DNA from: Podarcis gaigeae
Lineage: Eukaryota
NCBI GenBank assembly: GCA_964106915.2
Contig: OZ066924.1
DNA length: 64,000 bases
Strand: one strand, 5' to 3'
The position numbers were made by a program, and so were the translations under genes. Positions 1-14,600 of the stretch are shown here, piece by piece. How positions within the stretch are numbered: position 1 is the stretch's first letter; every line of letters starts with the position of its first letter. Under the pieces are notes generated by a model. The model saw nothing but the letters and a program-made list of their open reading frames with translations. It was not told the DNA's origin and ran no database searches.

Positions 1-142
1 AAAGAAGCTTCCATTCTTCTTCTGGTGTCTGGAACACTGCACTTCTTCATAACAGGAAAATAGTGTGGATATTTTAAGGTAACTTTATATCTGTCTGTTT
101 CAGTCTTTTCCAAACTACTGATGAAATCATCAGGAAGGGCAC
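1..142 (-). CDS. NLN: NLN exon 6 (partial)
   Basis: ttcctcag|GT GCC CTT; [46 protein letters not shown]. Confidence 0.95.
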
Positions 143-3100
143 CTGAGGAATACGGGATATAGGAAAAAGTATACTTTTCAGACATTTTCTTTAACAATAC
201 AACAAATGTTTGACATAGCAATCGTCACAACTGTTTAATTACCCGGCTGATTTCTACTGTCAACATACATTTTTAAAATTACAACCCTACGGTTTCCATT
301 ATTAGCTGCCTAACGAACTTCTAGCCTTCTAAATATTTTGGACTCCTGCTCCCATCAGCATGGCCAATTGTCAGTGATGATGGCAGTTTTAGTCTAGCTG
401 CATCTGAAGGGGCACAGGTCCCACACTCCTGGTCTATACATTCTCACATACATACATTTGTACATACATGTTAACAGCATAAACTGAAGTAAACATGTTA
501 ATTCACTATGAGCAACAAAAACATTCTAAAAACAGTTACATCATCTAAAAGCAATTAGAGTTAAAACATTCAACATCTTTATCAACGACTTGGATGATGG
601 ACTCAAGGGCATCCTGATCAAATTTGCAGATGACACCAAACTGGGAGGGGTGGCTAACACCCCAGAAGACAGGATCACACTTCAAAACGACCTTGACAGA
701 TTAGAGAACTGGGCCAAAACAAACAAGATGAACTTTAACAGGGAGAAATGTAAAGTATTGCACTTGGGCAAAAAAAATGAGAGGCACAAATACAAGATGG
801 GTGACACCTGGCTTGAGAGCAGTACATGTGAAAAGGATCTAGGAGTCTTGGTTGACCACAAACTTGACATGAGCCAACAGTGTGACGCAGCAGCTAAAAA
901 AGCCAATGTAATTCTGGGCTGCATCAATAGGAGTATAGCATCTAGATCAAGGGAAGTAATAGTGCCACTGTATTCTGCTCTGGTCAGACCTCACCTGGAG
1001 TACTGTGTCCAGTTCTGGGCACCACAGTTCAAGAAGGACACTGACAAACTGGAACGTGTCCAGAGGAGGGCAACCAAAATGGTCAGAGGCCTGGAAACGA
1101 TGCCTTATGAGGAACGGCTAAGGGAGCTGGGCATGTTTAGCCTGGAGAAGAGGAGGTTAAGGGGTGATATGATAGCCATGTTCAAATATATAAAAGGATG
1201 TCACATAGAGGAGGGAGAAAGGTTGTTTTCTGCTGCTCCAGAGAAGCGGACACGGAGCAATGGATCCAAACTACAAGAAAGAAGATTCCACCTAAACATT
1301 AGGAAGAACTTCCTGACAGTAAGAGCTGTTCGACAGTGGAATTTGCTGCCAAGGAGTGTGGTGGAGTCTCCTTCTTTGGAGGTCTTTAAGCAGAGGCTTG
1401 ACAACCATATGTCAGGAGTGCTCTGATGGTGTTTCCTGCTTGGCAGGGGGTTGGACTCGATGGCCCTTGTGGTCTCTTCCAACTCTATGATTCTATGATT
1501 CTTCCATCCACCAAAATGGCCCAAATAAGATATAAAATATGAAAATAACAATATACAGCTGTGGGGAAATGGTCATTGCAAGTAAAGTGGAAATGAGAGC
1601 AAGATGTTAACTATACTTTCGACAGGTGAAGCTGATAAGTATCTGAGGTAGCTTTTCCCAACCTGGAGCTCTCCAGATGTTTTCAACTGCAAGTCCCATC
1701 AACCCCAGCCAATATGGGCATCCAAAACATATGTGGGGTACTTGATTGAGGACAGCTGATTGAGACAATGCTTACACATATCTGGAAGACTTAGCAGCAT
1801 AACACTTAATCATTTGATAGCGTTAATACAAAAATCCATACACCTCCTCTCAACAGCAATTGGTAAATACACACACACACTCACAAAGTTCATCTTGAGA
1901 AAATATCAGGAATGTATTATCTTCATTGAGGTTTTTGCTGAAGTCAATGCATAGTTCGCTCAGTGTCTGCTTTATCATCTTGATTTCCTTAATAGGAGAG
2001 AAAGATGGGAGAAGGATAACCTTTATTAAAAACAAACAGAATAGCACAACAGTTTTAACATGCTAATTTATTTGCCAAGGACAAAGAGCACTTTCGATAT
2101 ATCAGCCTGAGTTACTCAAGTCATGTATCTATAGTTTAAATCCGTCAATTAAAGTGCATACTTCTGTATCTGTGATCCTAGCTTTCTTCCTGCATTCAGC
2201 TTGGATCAAAGAGGGATGGAGGAAGGTATGCCACCTCCGTTGTCACTGGGCATGCTTCTTCCATTGTTTACTGTGAAGCTCTGAAGGTAGTGTGGAAGTG
2301 TGTCAGCCTGAATGCCCCATACGGTCAGGAACCCCGATAAGGCAGTTGGGACTTCTTGTCTAAGGAAACCACCAATCACTCAAAAACCATACTGTTTGGA
2401 ATGTTCTTGTTTTACTATCTGTGGATATCATACTTACATTTTGTACTTCTGTAGGAAGATGGAGACCATTCCTTTCCCCCATTTTTATTGACTTCTTCAA
2501 GTATCTTTTGGCTTCAGGCCTTAAAGTCTCAATGTCACATGTTTGCTGAAATGAAAGTAGATGATATTTAGCCATTTCCTAGCATATTAAAAGCTCAGTG
2601 AGCATCACAGGAATAAGAAGAACGTTGGCTGTCTCCTTCTGCATCATGAATGAGGGGACACACACACACACACACACATATTATATCAGGCATTTTACTA
2701 AAGAAAACATTAATCTTTTGTCCAGTATTGAAAGAGTTTACCTATGCCCAGTAGGAGTTGGCGGGGCATTGACCTGATTTCCCATCACCTGCTTACTGGG
2801 AGGTGGCAAGGGGGTACAGTGGGGAGACTGGTGTGGTGTAAATCAGTGCTCCCGCCAGGGTGTTTGCACCTCAACAACAACAGGCAGTCAGGTGAGTGCT
2901 TTCACATTGGCAACCACCACTGCCTGTGCCTCATCTGCAAAATGAACCGAGGTAGACAGTATTCACTATTTATTTGAATTGTACATTTCTGGTGTGTGAA
3001 ATATTGTTTTTTTTTTTACATTGATCTAATGATGCAGTTATCAGCATTCTACAACACACCAGGAATGTTTTCCCAAAAGTTAACACTATGTACAAACCAT

Positions 3101-6100
3101 TTCTGTCATTCTTTACAACAGAGGTGGCTAACCTGTAGCCCTCTAGATGATGTTGGAAGACAGTTTCCATCAACCTTAGTCACCATGACCAGTGGTCAGG
3201 GAATGATGGGAGATGTAGTCCAACAACACCTGGAGGGCACCAGGTTAGCTACCCCTGCTGTAGAATGTTCAAAGATCTTGACCAATATATTCAGCAATCC
3301 TCCACACACAACAATCCTGAAAGGTGTTATCAGTACACTACAAATGGGCAGCAGCTTGTGCAAGCCACCTAGCAAGAGGTTAGACATGAATGAGGACTAT
3401 AGCACAACTTAGGGGGGGCGGCGGAGAACAGGACCCTGTTTAATTCACTCAGTCATGCCTAGTGGTGCCCCTCTGCTTCACAAGCATGCACATGGTGTGT
3501 GAGAATAAAATGTTAACTAACAGAATACTGTTGGGTAAATATTGATTTTGTTTGAGGAATTCTAGAGCGAAGCATGCCAGCTGCCACACTGGGCTTTTCC
3601 ACAGGGAGCAAACATTAAGGGGCAAACAACGACGTTTCATGTTACAGCTGGGTCATCACACACTGCTCAGAGATGAAGGCATTTTTGAAGAAGGCAGGTA
3701 CAAACAAATTAGGCTGCCATCTATGCATTCTTACTTGGAACTAAGTGGCAGCGGAGAGGTGGGAAGGAGCAATTTCCAAGCATTTAAATTAACCACCAGG
3801 GTGTTTATGGCCAACCAAGCAGAGAAATGGTTTAATTTTTCACACACACCGTGCCTGAAACATCTATCAGGTATCTTCCTGTCTCCAGCTACATTCAAAT
3901 GTTTGCAAACAAACCATTAGCTTTTCCTTTTCTACATCTCCTAATACAGAGAGCTTGCAACAACACACTTAAGTAATCAGCACTTTGTGGAGCAGGGCAC
4001 ATTGCAGAACAGGAAGAGGGGAGAGTATGAATAAACAACTTAATAGAAGGGTTGGAGGATATCCAAGGTAATGGATAAGCCACAATGAGCAGAGATGTTG
4101 CTCGTTGGAGAAAATGCAGTATGCCAACCCAAAATCTCCAGTACAGTGGTACCTCGGGTTTGGAACTTAATTCGTTCTGAAGGTCCGTTCTTAACCTGAG
4201 GTACCACTTTAGCTAATGGGGCCTCCTGTCGCTGCTGCGCGATTTCTGTTCTCATCCTGAAGCAAAGTTTTTAACTCAAGGTCCTATTTCTGTAACCTGT
4301 AGCATCTGTACCCTGAAGCGCCTGTAACCCGAGGTACTCCTGTACTTCGTTTTGAGTTGTTATTCATAAATTAAATCCGCTGGCCGCAGCAAGTAGTCAG
4401 TGCCCAATTCCAGTTGCTATGGAGGGTTCTGAATCATGCAGGGAGCCTCTATGCATAGGGGAGGCTCACTGCTTCCGTCTTTCACCCTCCATGAGTTACG
4501 GTAGATGGTGGCGGGGGGGCAGAGTTTAGCATCTGCTCTCCCTGCTTATGTGCACGATTTGTATGCAGGTGGAACGCACAAAAAGAGCTTTGTGTAAAAC
4601 CCGAAAGACATTATTTTTCAACATTTGGAAAATAGAACACTTTTCTTGTTTTATGTCAGCACCCTTTTCTACATCAGGGCTGTATCCAATTAGGTTCTAC
4701 TCAAGATATCCCCACTGAATTAATGAACCTAAATTAGTAATGTTCATTAATTTCAATGGTTTTACTCTTGAGTTGGACCTAGCACTGGATAGTACTTTTA
4801 GTACATTTTGGAGCTAATCCATGCCGCATTATACAACAGCAGTATTCCCTACATTGTCCAGATTTCTTTGGTGTGTCAGGCATTCAACTAACTTCTATCC
4901 TCTTAGCACAGGGCATTTAATTCTGATGGGATTGTGGGCAAATCCTGTCACAAGGCAAAGGTGGAAGGAGATAACTACACATACTTCAGGCAAGGCTACA
5001 TTCCTTTAATCCCTGTTCTTCAGCTGCCGAACAGAGCAACACAAAATTGTTTCCTAGAAAAGGTTATCACTGCTCAAAAACTTTGCCTCAGGCAGGGTCT
5101 CAAAAGGCAGGTTTCACTCAGCCTCTCAATCTGTATTCTCAGCCTCTCAGATCTGTATTCTTACAGGGTAAGGTGGTCCTCTATGTGGTTTTGATCTACA
5201 ACTCTCATCACAGTTGATACTGGCCATGCTCTCTGGGGCTGATGAGAACTGGAGTCCTACAACACTTGAAGAAACCACAAGTCCCCCACTCTTGCTTTTG
5301 TGAATATATATGTTTAGCCCTTCTAAATATGTTTAACCCTCCTCTCTAGGCATCTATCTTTTTATAGATGGAGACTGACAAGCTTCCTTGCCACTGGTGC
5401 TGCCTCTCCCTACCTGAGTAGCTCTTTATTACCCATATCAGTGGATTTCCGACATCCCAAGCTCATCCTGGATTCCCAGGAGCCCCACCCCCAATTTACA
5501 TTCAGGCTCAACCTGTGGTCCAGTCCCAGCATCAAGTACTTTTAACCTCATGGATTGATGCTTTGGATGATTGGGTATTATGTTTTAATGACTTTGAAAT
5601 GCCTCTTAAGAACATATATGTTTATCCAAGCTTTGTGGGACTCCTACATTTGTAATTGTTTTGTATACTGCCCAGTTTTATTTGTTATATATCCTTCCAT
5701 TTTAATCTAGTTTTTAGGAAATGTTGCTGCCGGTGATCTGAAAACCATGGAGATATCTTGACGGGATTAGTCAGATGAGGAGGAAGATGTCTTGGCTTCC
5801 ACTTGCTGACAAATGTGGACTTGGGTGACCTGTTTTTCCAAAAGCTTTAATGCTCAGATTATTGTGATACAGATGCAAGTGTGTTATTCAAAGGCACAGT
5901 ATGTAATACACATACTTAGTAGCACAGATAAAGGCACAGCAGGTGACATGGCTACTCAGCTGAAGAAGCTGATCCAACACCCCCTTCAATCCTATGATAA
6001 GGAAACAGGGTGGGCGATTTAGCATGTCAAGCAATTCCATTTGTTAGCAAGCAATCTAGCTCCCCATGTGAAAGGCTGAACCCCCTTCCATCTGTTCGTG

Positions 6101-9100
6101 CCTCTGTTGGTGTCTCTAGGAAAAGAGTGATGGGGCAAGTGTCCCTGCTTCCCGAGGGGTGGACGGGACAGGTGGAGCAACCCCCTCTGGAGAGATGAGG
6201 CTAGACCCAGCATCTGACAACTCCAAGAGGTGAAGGGAGTGGCAGGTAGGCACAGTGGAATTGTCAGAGGCAGATCCCAACAGCAATGGAGAGGAAGGCA
6301 GGGCGTGAAGAGTAGGTTGAGGGAAATCCCCCTTCCCACAAACTTGGACCCTCCCTAGGATCCTCAGCATCAGACTCCTGTGAATCAGAAAGCAAGCTCT
6401 CAAGCCCACCCTGCAGCTCTCCTCAGGGTCCTCTGCAAATCAGCCCTCTTCGTTGCTCAGAGGAGTTCAGGAAGACTCTGATCCAGGGGAGGGGCCCACA
6501 GGGCTGGGAGACAGTGGTCAAGATCCAAGGATCCTTTTCTCAAAATGTATCTTCTGTACCATGAACAATACAGAAAAACATTATATAAAATGATGCACAG
6601 GATCTACAGGACTCTGACCTTGGAGAGGGTCCCAGTGGTTGGGAGTTGGGAGGCTCAGACTTGGGGGAAGAGCCAAATATGTTGTCAGAGGAATGACGCC
6701 TCCTCAGCACCATTGGATACCCTGACTTTACCTTACAGCTGACTGATATAGCACCAGACCCACGTCTGGGTGCCACGTGCTATCAATAAAGAGCCATCCT
6801 AATCAGGGGAGGTACTTAAGGATCAATCTGACTGTGGGCCAAGCCCAGCCATCTCCACCTCTGTCTCCAAGGATGTAGAGGTAACAGCACCATCAATTAA
6901 CAGACCCTTCCAAATCAGCCAACCTGAAGGAGGAGGAGCTTGCTTGGCTAGTCCTGAGGCTCAGAAGTTCAGCCATGTGAATGACTGTGCCCACTCTTCA
7001 AAAAGGAAAGTCTAAAGGGCATGTCAATTGCTGGGATGCTGTTCTAGCCATAGAGCTCTGCTTTGCCTTAGAACCATGTAACCTGTAGACTGCTCTAAGC
7101 TGGGATGCCATACAGATTTTTGAAATAACTAATAGTTTGAGTTCCAAGTCTGAAAGTGGGAGTCAGGTTACTCACCACATCTGCTCATGGGTGGGTGGGG
7201 GACCAAAACAGAGAGGAACAAAGTCTCTACTGCTGCCACTATGGGAAGAAAAGAAGATAGGGTAGGGTGAGGTTAAAAAAAAAGGTAAAGGACCCCTGGA
7301 TGGTTAAGTCCAGTCAAGCTTGACTACAGAGTGCAGCGCTCATCTCGCTTCAGGCCGAGGGAGCCGGCATTTGTCCACAGGCAGCTTTCCGGCATGACTA
7401 AACGGCTTCTGGCACAATGGAACACCATGATGAGTGCCAGAGTACACGGAAACGCCATTTACCTTCCCACTGCAGTGGTACCTATTTATCTACTTGCACT
7501 GGTATGCTTTCAAACTGGAGAAAGCGGCTTGGGGCAAGCTGCAAAGCAGAGGGTGGCAGGTAGGTGGGGTTGGTGAGTAATGCAAACAGCCCATGGCATT
7601 TTAATATTGTTGGTAGAAGTGATGTGGTAATCCTTTTAGGTCCCTGCTTCCTTCCGGATGACCTAGCAATGTAACTGAGTTCAAAATTTCTAAACCAAAA
7701 TTTCCCATAAAATAATTTTATTCTGAGAATTGTTTTTCTAACTCTGAAAACGTTGGAGAATCCCCCCCCCATTACGCCTCCTCCCTATTCCCCCCACTTG
7801 CAAATAAACTGGTGAACTTTAGAAGGCCATTTTCTCCCAGTCCTATACATTATCACAAGATCTAAACTGTGGAGGACAGCCAATGCTGGCAAAGGTCCAC
7901 CCCTTAGCTTTTATTTTTCTACCCATGTTTATCTTGTCCTCTTTTCATATATGTTTATAACAACATGATGAAAAAGAAATTTAATAAAACGTTAATGTTA
8001 ATTCAACAAATAGAAGATGAAGCGTTTAGCCAAAGAGATCACACTAGAGGCTTCCTTCTGCTCATCAGCAAAACAGGAATTATATTACAGGAAAATCCCT
8101 CTAGGCAACAGAATCTCCTACTGAGAATCATCATTTTTAGACAGAGGCATCCTGACTGAGCATTGCTTCTTTTTATAATGAAAACCCTCCAATGAATAGT
8201 GTGGAAATTTGTCACAAATGTAATTCAGCTGTCACCAGGACTAGAAGAAGCAGTTTATAATGTTCAAACAACAAAATAAAACTGTTGAGAGCAAAACATT
8301 TTTAAAAAGCAATTCAAGGCAAGTAACCAAAAGAGTGGTGGGAATTTTGGTAAGACATGGGCTCTTCAAGTACAGCATTAACGTAAACATGATCATAAAT
8401 ACTGAAAAAAAATCCTGCTTTATTTTGATTTGAAACAAAAAAAGTAAAAATGCTACAGTAGGATTAAAATATATGACAATGAAGATAACCGAATTGTGAC
8501 CCACACAAGTGGTCACATTTCACCGTATAGTAAAAGCTGCATCTCCAATAAATAAAGCATTTGCAACACCATTCACAAGCAGCTTTTGTAAACGATAAGC
8601 CTAAAAACAGGGTTAGTCTTTACTTTTATCATTGTACACTGCTAACAATAGACACTTAACTGTAACTAGCAAATAACAGATATTATATTAAGGCCTATGC
8701 AAATGCTCAGCAGTGGAATTGTATCAGCCTGTTTTCATATTAGCCTCTTATTCTGTCTACATGCGCCACTTACATAAGTGACTACTTTGAGATGAAAGTG
8801 TATATAAAGGATGATCTAATCTGAATGTTGTGTAATAAGTTAACATCACCAAAGAACTGCATTGTTCCTGTGCACGACCAATGTTTTCTAACAAGCCATA
8901 GCATTGCTAAAACCCATTGCTAACTATAGCAAAGCTTTTAATTGACCTAGATTGCAGCTACAAAAGATTTATTTAGGTGCAGAGAAAATGAGTTCCAGTT
9001 ATCAAACAATGGTGGAGAAATATTCCATGGCCTTCAGTTTCTAGAGCAAGTACAGGGCTAAGTGTAATCTCACTGTATACAAGTTGCACAAGTGACAATA

Positions 9101-11596
9101 AAGTATTTCAATAAGTGCTGTAAAAATGGCCTGAGCAAAGAGTGGGATATTCTGTTCAACATTCTAGTATATCCCTATAGAAAAGTTCTAGCAGCTGATG
9201 GGGCCTAATTCATTTTTGCAAGATATGTTGGATGAAAATGCACTTCAACTCCATAAACTCAGGAACTAAGCCCTGGTGTGCGCGCATGCAGGGGGAGACA
9301 TACAATGAACCACATAATTGTAAAGTCAGAAGGGTCCCTGTGGGTGATCTAGTCCAAACTCGTTTTGCAGGAATCCCAGCTAAATCTGCCATGACAGTCA
9401 GGGGCTGTCCTACTTGGTCTGCTTTTTTCTTTTTCTTTTTTTTTGTACAGATCTTAATCTGACGAGTTAATGCTGAAATTGTTTTCATTAGATTTGCTTT
9501 TATTGTGATTTTCCCCCTTCCTGATTTATTTTGATTTGTGATTTTCTTGTGTGATGTTTGGATGCAAGCCAACGGGTGTTTTATTTTAAGGAAATATTAA
9601 ACGATCAGAAATATCCAACCATCGAAATGAAAACATATTTAATTGATTACGTTGCAATCCCTTTTTTCCCCACTGCTTGGAGCAGCTGTGTAAACCACAG
9701 GTCATTTCTTCTTACTGAATTCTTCTTGAGAAGTGTTAACCATTTCTTCCAGCTTTCTATTAAACCACAGCAGACACAGCTATCTCTCTATTTCTTAAGT
9801 AAAAAAAATTAACAGAGATGCTGAAAAGCACTGCACACATAGACAGAACTTCTTGCAAGACTTGGCATTATAAGGCACCTAGGCAAATGGCTGACAAGTA
9901 ATCTTCCCTACTGTTTTACCTGTAAATGGACAACCCTTTGGAATACATCTTCTCTCATGCTCATCTCAACATCAAAGTGAGAAAGCCTCTTATCAGCTTC
10001 TGTGCTTGCTGCACGGACATCTTTATCAGGTGAGACATGTTGTGGAAAATCCAGCATGCTTCTTTCCACTAAAAGAAAACCAAAAATAAACAACCCAAAA
10101 TAAAGAAAAGACAGTGTATAACAGCAGTACTCAGTACTAGTCATTTGGATGAACAAATTATCTAGAATTTTTTTTTAAAAAAACACCCTGTTACTATTTC
10201 AAGATTTGTTTGAGCTTTTCATAGAATGTCAAGCAGAAAAAGTGTTTTCTTGGCTAATTCCATATGCATGCAAAGCCCTAAATGGTCAACTTCCTACCTA
10301 GCCTGCACAATTCAAAGTTGTTATAAAATCACATTGCTGAAAATCTAATTCCATACTTTATCATGCCCCTGCTGTTATATTTAGCTATAAGCACCTGTGC
10401 TTAGAAATCTTATTTCACAAATTTAGTCTCTCTCCTTCTGGTGCAAATTGAAATTGATACTTAGCCATGTCACAATTACCTGAATACTCCACTTCTATAT
10501 CTGCTAAAGCCTGTACAGTGTTCTCATAAGTAACCTCTTCCATATCAAGCATTCCAATGCTGTCGTAGATTTGCTTTGTTTTCTTGATAAGTTCTTCAGT
10601 CCTTGTTCTAATTTGCTCTGGCGGCAAATCCCATTTCAAGAAGTTTCGGTCTGATGCACTACAGGATGAGGCCTTGAAAGCTGAAGTAATTTCTGTTCCT
10701 AATGTCATTCTGAGTAAAACCCTTGGACCACCTGCCCTGTAAATAGAAGGAGGGGAGAAGCTAAATAGCAAAAGAAGCAATATAGCAAAAAAATGGGTTA
10801 ACTGGAAATTACAGGTGCACTTGTGGAGATTAACTATTAAGAAATATAAGGTGAGACGAAAGATTCTGAAGTTTTTTATACATTTGAAATGTTTTGATAA
10901 GGACTAGGATTAGAGACATGAAGGCCCAGAAGAAAACTGGGGAAGGGGATAGAAAATTTGAGGTAAATCCATATATAGTGTGGCAAAACCATATATTCAG
11001 ATGTAGCTCAACAATGCCAACCAGTGTCTGGGGAGTTCAGACTCCTACGATGAAGATGAATAAACATATATTTAAAGGCTTTGTCTCCAAATAAACATTT
11101 TTGAAATTACAGTACTCCTTTTTTTCATTAGAGATAGCTGGATAAATTGGCTCATCCTTTTGACATGCAGGTGTAGAATTAAAAAGGTGGCACTACCCTC
11201 TTAGGAATTTTCTGGCTGGCCACAGAGACACTGGAATCAGAGGTGCTGCTTTTGAATTATGGTGCTGGAAGAGACTCTTGAGAGTCCCATGGACTGCAAG
11301 AAGATCAAACCTATCCATTCTTAAGGAAATCAGCCCTGAGTGCTCACTGGAAGGACAGATCCTGAAGCTGAGGCTCCAATACTTTGGCCACCTCATGAGA
11401 AGAAAAGACTCCCTGGAAAAGACCCTGATGTTGGGAAAGATGGAGGACACAAGGAGAAGGGGACGACAGAGGACGAGATGGTTGGACAGTGTTCTCGAAG
11501 CTACCAACATGAGTTTGACCAAACTGCGGGAGGCAGTAGAAGACAGGAGTGCCTGGTGTGCTCTGGTCCATGGGGTCATGAAGAGTCGGACACAAC

Positions 11597-11641
<45 letters not shown>

Positions 11642-14600
11642 TAGTGCCAAACAATCCATTTTAGGAAAGAGCCAAACTTAGGTTAGGCCCATTCATTTCA
11701 GTGGGTCTATTCTGATTAAAACTTTGTTTCATATCACCCTAGGGTTCATATATTCTCTCGCACAGAGAGAAAGAGGCCCATTCTGCCTGGTGGCAGCCTG
11801 TAAGTTAAAAAATGGGGACTGGTCAGTAAGACAACCCCCTCCACAGTCTGTCACAATAGTAACACGAAAGGAACAATAGTAGTATCAGAAAAAAAGAACT
11901 TTAGGAAAACCAAGTGTGGGGAGGCAGCGTGTGGAGAATAGCCTTTCAGGAGGGAAACTGTCTGCCATACAAGGTTTAGGTAATAGCTTGTCAGTGACTT
12001 GAGTGTGGAGAAAGTAATTTTTTTCTGTTTTCTCTCTTACCCATAATAGTTCTTTTCCCAAGGCTAAATTTGCTTTCTAAGCTTCCAGCAGGCCACTGCC
12101 CCCTCATTATTCCAATTTTCTCTAAAAGTACAAGGGATAAATAAACAAAGGCATTCTCACAATCCCCCAATTCATGCTCCAAAACACATTCAAGCTTGCT
12201 ATTGAGGAGCGGGGTGAAGTTCCAACCACAAATTTCAATTAGACCTTTTTATGGCAACTGTTATCAGGATTTAGGTAACCATGAGAAACCTGACAATGTA
12301 AAGTGAAGCTGAAATTTAATCTCAACGACAGACCTCCAGACCCTGGGAACTGAACCTCAGCAATGCCAGGAAATACAAACGATGGATTAAAACGTCAAAA
12401 CATACAAATTACTTATCTCTCCAACAAAGCAGTCCCCTGATAAACAGGAGAAGTGAAAATGAATTTGGCAGCTTGCAAAAAGATGGGCAGGGCAATTCGG
12501 TGGGAGCATCATGTAATTGTGATCCTATGTATTCCCAGCGGCAGAGCAGAAAGCAAAACAATACCGGCATAAAGGAAGAAGAATGAAACAATGCCAGCAG
12601 CCACTCCACTGCATCCCTGCTAACGCCACCATTACTGCAGTACCCTGTGGAGGGAAGGAACCAGTCAACAATGGATGAAAGCAGGTGTGCCATAAGATTA
12701 TCACAGAATCCAGTCTATGCCCCCGCCAAGACGCAATCCAGCAGCACACAGAATCTACTGCGCGATAGGCTCCATGGCCCAATGGTTAGAAGGGCAGCAA
12801 CTAACCCTTGCAGCCACAAACTCCAGGGCTCTCTTTAGACAAGGGACGGAATCCCGTGCCAGCAAAGAACATCCTGCAAACAACCCTTTTGCTAGAGACA
12901 AAACGGCAACTCTGCCTGTTTTAAGTATTTTAAAAGTATTTAAAAATTATATACTGTCCTTCAACAGGCATTGCTGGTGTGATTTGCATAAAAGGAAAAT
13001 GCAAAAAGAACAAGAAAGAAGAAGGTGGGGAAGGCACAGGTAATAATCAGAAAATGTTAAGACTAAAAGGCAGGAATCACCATATAAATACAATCGGCAG
13101 GGATAAAATTAACTCTAAAGACCTGGGAAAACAAGGAGGTATTTGCTTGGCACTGACAGGACAACAAAACAGCTGCCAGGCAGATCTCTCTGGGGACAGC
13201 ATTCCATGACAGGATGCCATTACTGAGAAGGCCTTTCTTTCCCCTGCTCCTGAAGATGTTACCGTTTGGGTAGGCACATGAGGAGATAGGCTGGTCCTAG
13301 GCTGTAAAGGGATTTAAAGGTTAAAACCAGCTTTACCACTACAATAGCACCAGTGTGATGTGATCATGACAACCAGTCCCACTTAGTATCCTAGGCGCTG
13401 CATTCTGAACCAGCTGCCATTTTTCAAAGGCGTCATATGGAGCACATTACAGTGGTGCCCCGCAAGACGAATGGCTCGCAAAACGAAAAACACGCAAGAC
13501 GAAAGGGTTTTTCGGTTTTTGTGTCGCTTCGCAAGACGAATTTCCCTATGGGCTTGCTTCACAAGACGGAAACGTCTTGCGAGTTTGTTCACTTTTTTCC
13601 TAAAGCCGCTTGAAGAGGCGCAGTTGCGACAGACCGTGCTTCGCAAGGCGAAAAACATCACAAGACGAAAAGACTTGCAGAACAAATTATTTTTGTCTTG
13701 TGAGGCACCACTGTACAGTCTAATCTGGAGGGTAGCAGAGCACGGAACGCTGTGGTTAGACTCTCTGTGTGTCCAGACTTTATCTAGCACACCAATATAA
13801 GCTGCTAACAGGCACTTCATGCCGCAGAAGCAACCTATGCCCTCAGTGACAAATATGCATCAATGAGAACATTGAAATGGTGAGCCTGTTCCTTCAGGCA
13901 AAAGGTGACTGTGTCGAGCACCTCTGTCTCACCTGTATTGAGCATCAGTTTATTAGTCCATTCCCCCAGCATACCTTATTATCAAGCCCCACCGGAAGTA
14001 ACTGCTGAAGGGGCTGTTACAGGAGAACATTGAGCTGTTATCCATTGGCAGAGCCATAAACAAGTTGCAGATATAAAGCCCTGGTAGGGTGACAAACACC
14101 ACTGCCTTCTTTCATTATAGGGCCCTAACCATTTAGACATCCAAGCTGAGTAACAATGGCAGAAAGGAGCGCTTACATCAGGAGAACACACACACATCTA
14201 ACGCAGACAGCTTTTATTGAATAACAGCACTAGCGGGATGAATTCTGACAGGTTCACAGAATCATGGGACTATCAATCTTACATGGTCCGTGTACGTCTG
14301 AAATACCGGTATGCCCAAGGGTTAGCTGATTAGCAAGTGCAGTGTTCCCCACCACTGCATCCCATAAGAAACCAAAGGAGATCTAGAGTGAGATCACCTG
14401 GCATAAATTCACTGTACTGATGTTGTATTGGGTGTTCAAGGGGAATTTAGGACTGGGCACAGCTTAGGGATCAGATCACACTCTGTGGCTTTCAATTAAA
14501 GAGCAGGATGAACAGACAGCTATTTTTGGAGGGTGCTCACTGAGTATCTCCATATTAAGAGCTTGAAAAACTTTTTCTGCAGATGTGGCGTTCCTTGGCC

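Noticed and set aside
5117-5159. Short tandem duplications (also 35657-35690, 39562-39588, 58931-58960)
   Set aside because: Two-copy local slippage events with no spacer structure; not arrays, and CRISPR does not apply to vertebrate DNA
1330-9410. Inverted CR1 ends flanking NLN exons 4-5 as a circRNA driver
   Set aside because: The 9305-9410 copy is short and too diverged for convincing pairing
11193-11681. Poly-Leu signal-peptide-like and poly-Gln ORFs
   Set aside because: Alternative readings of the BovB fragment and its (AAC)n tail
13383-13820. 145-aa and 109-aa antiparallel ORFs
   Set aside because: They span a mariner MITE with repetitive subterminal motifs; no transposase or other protein similarity
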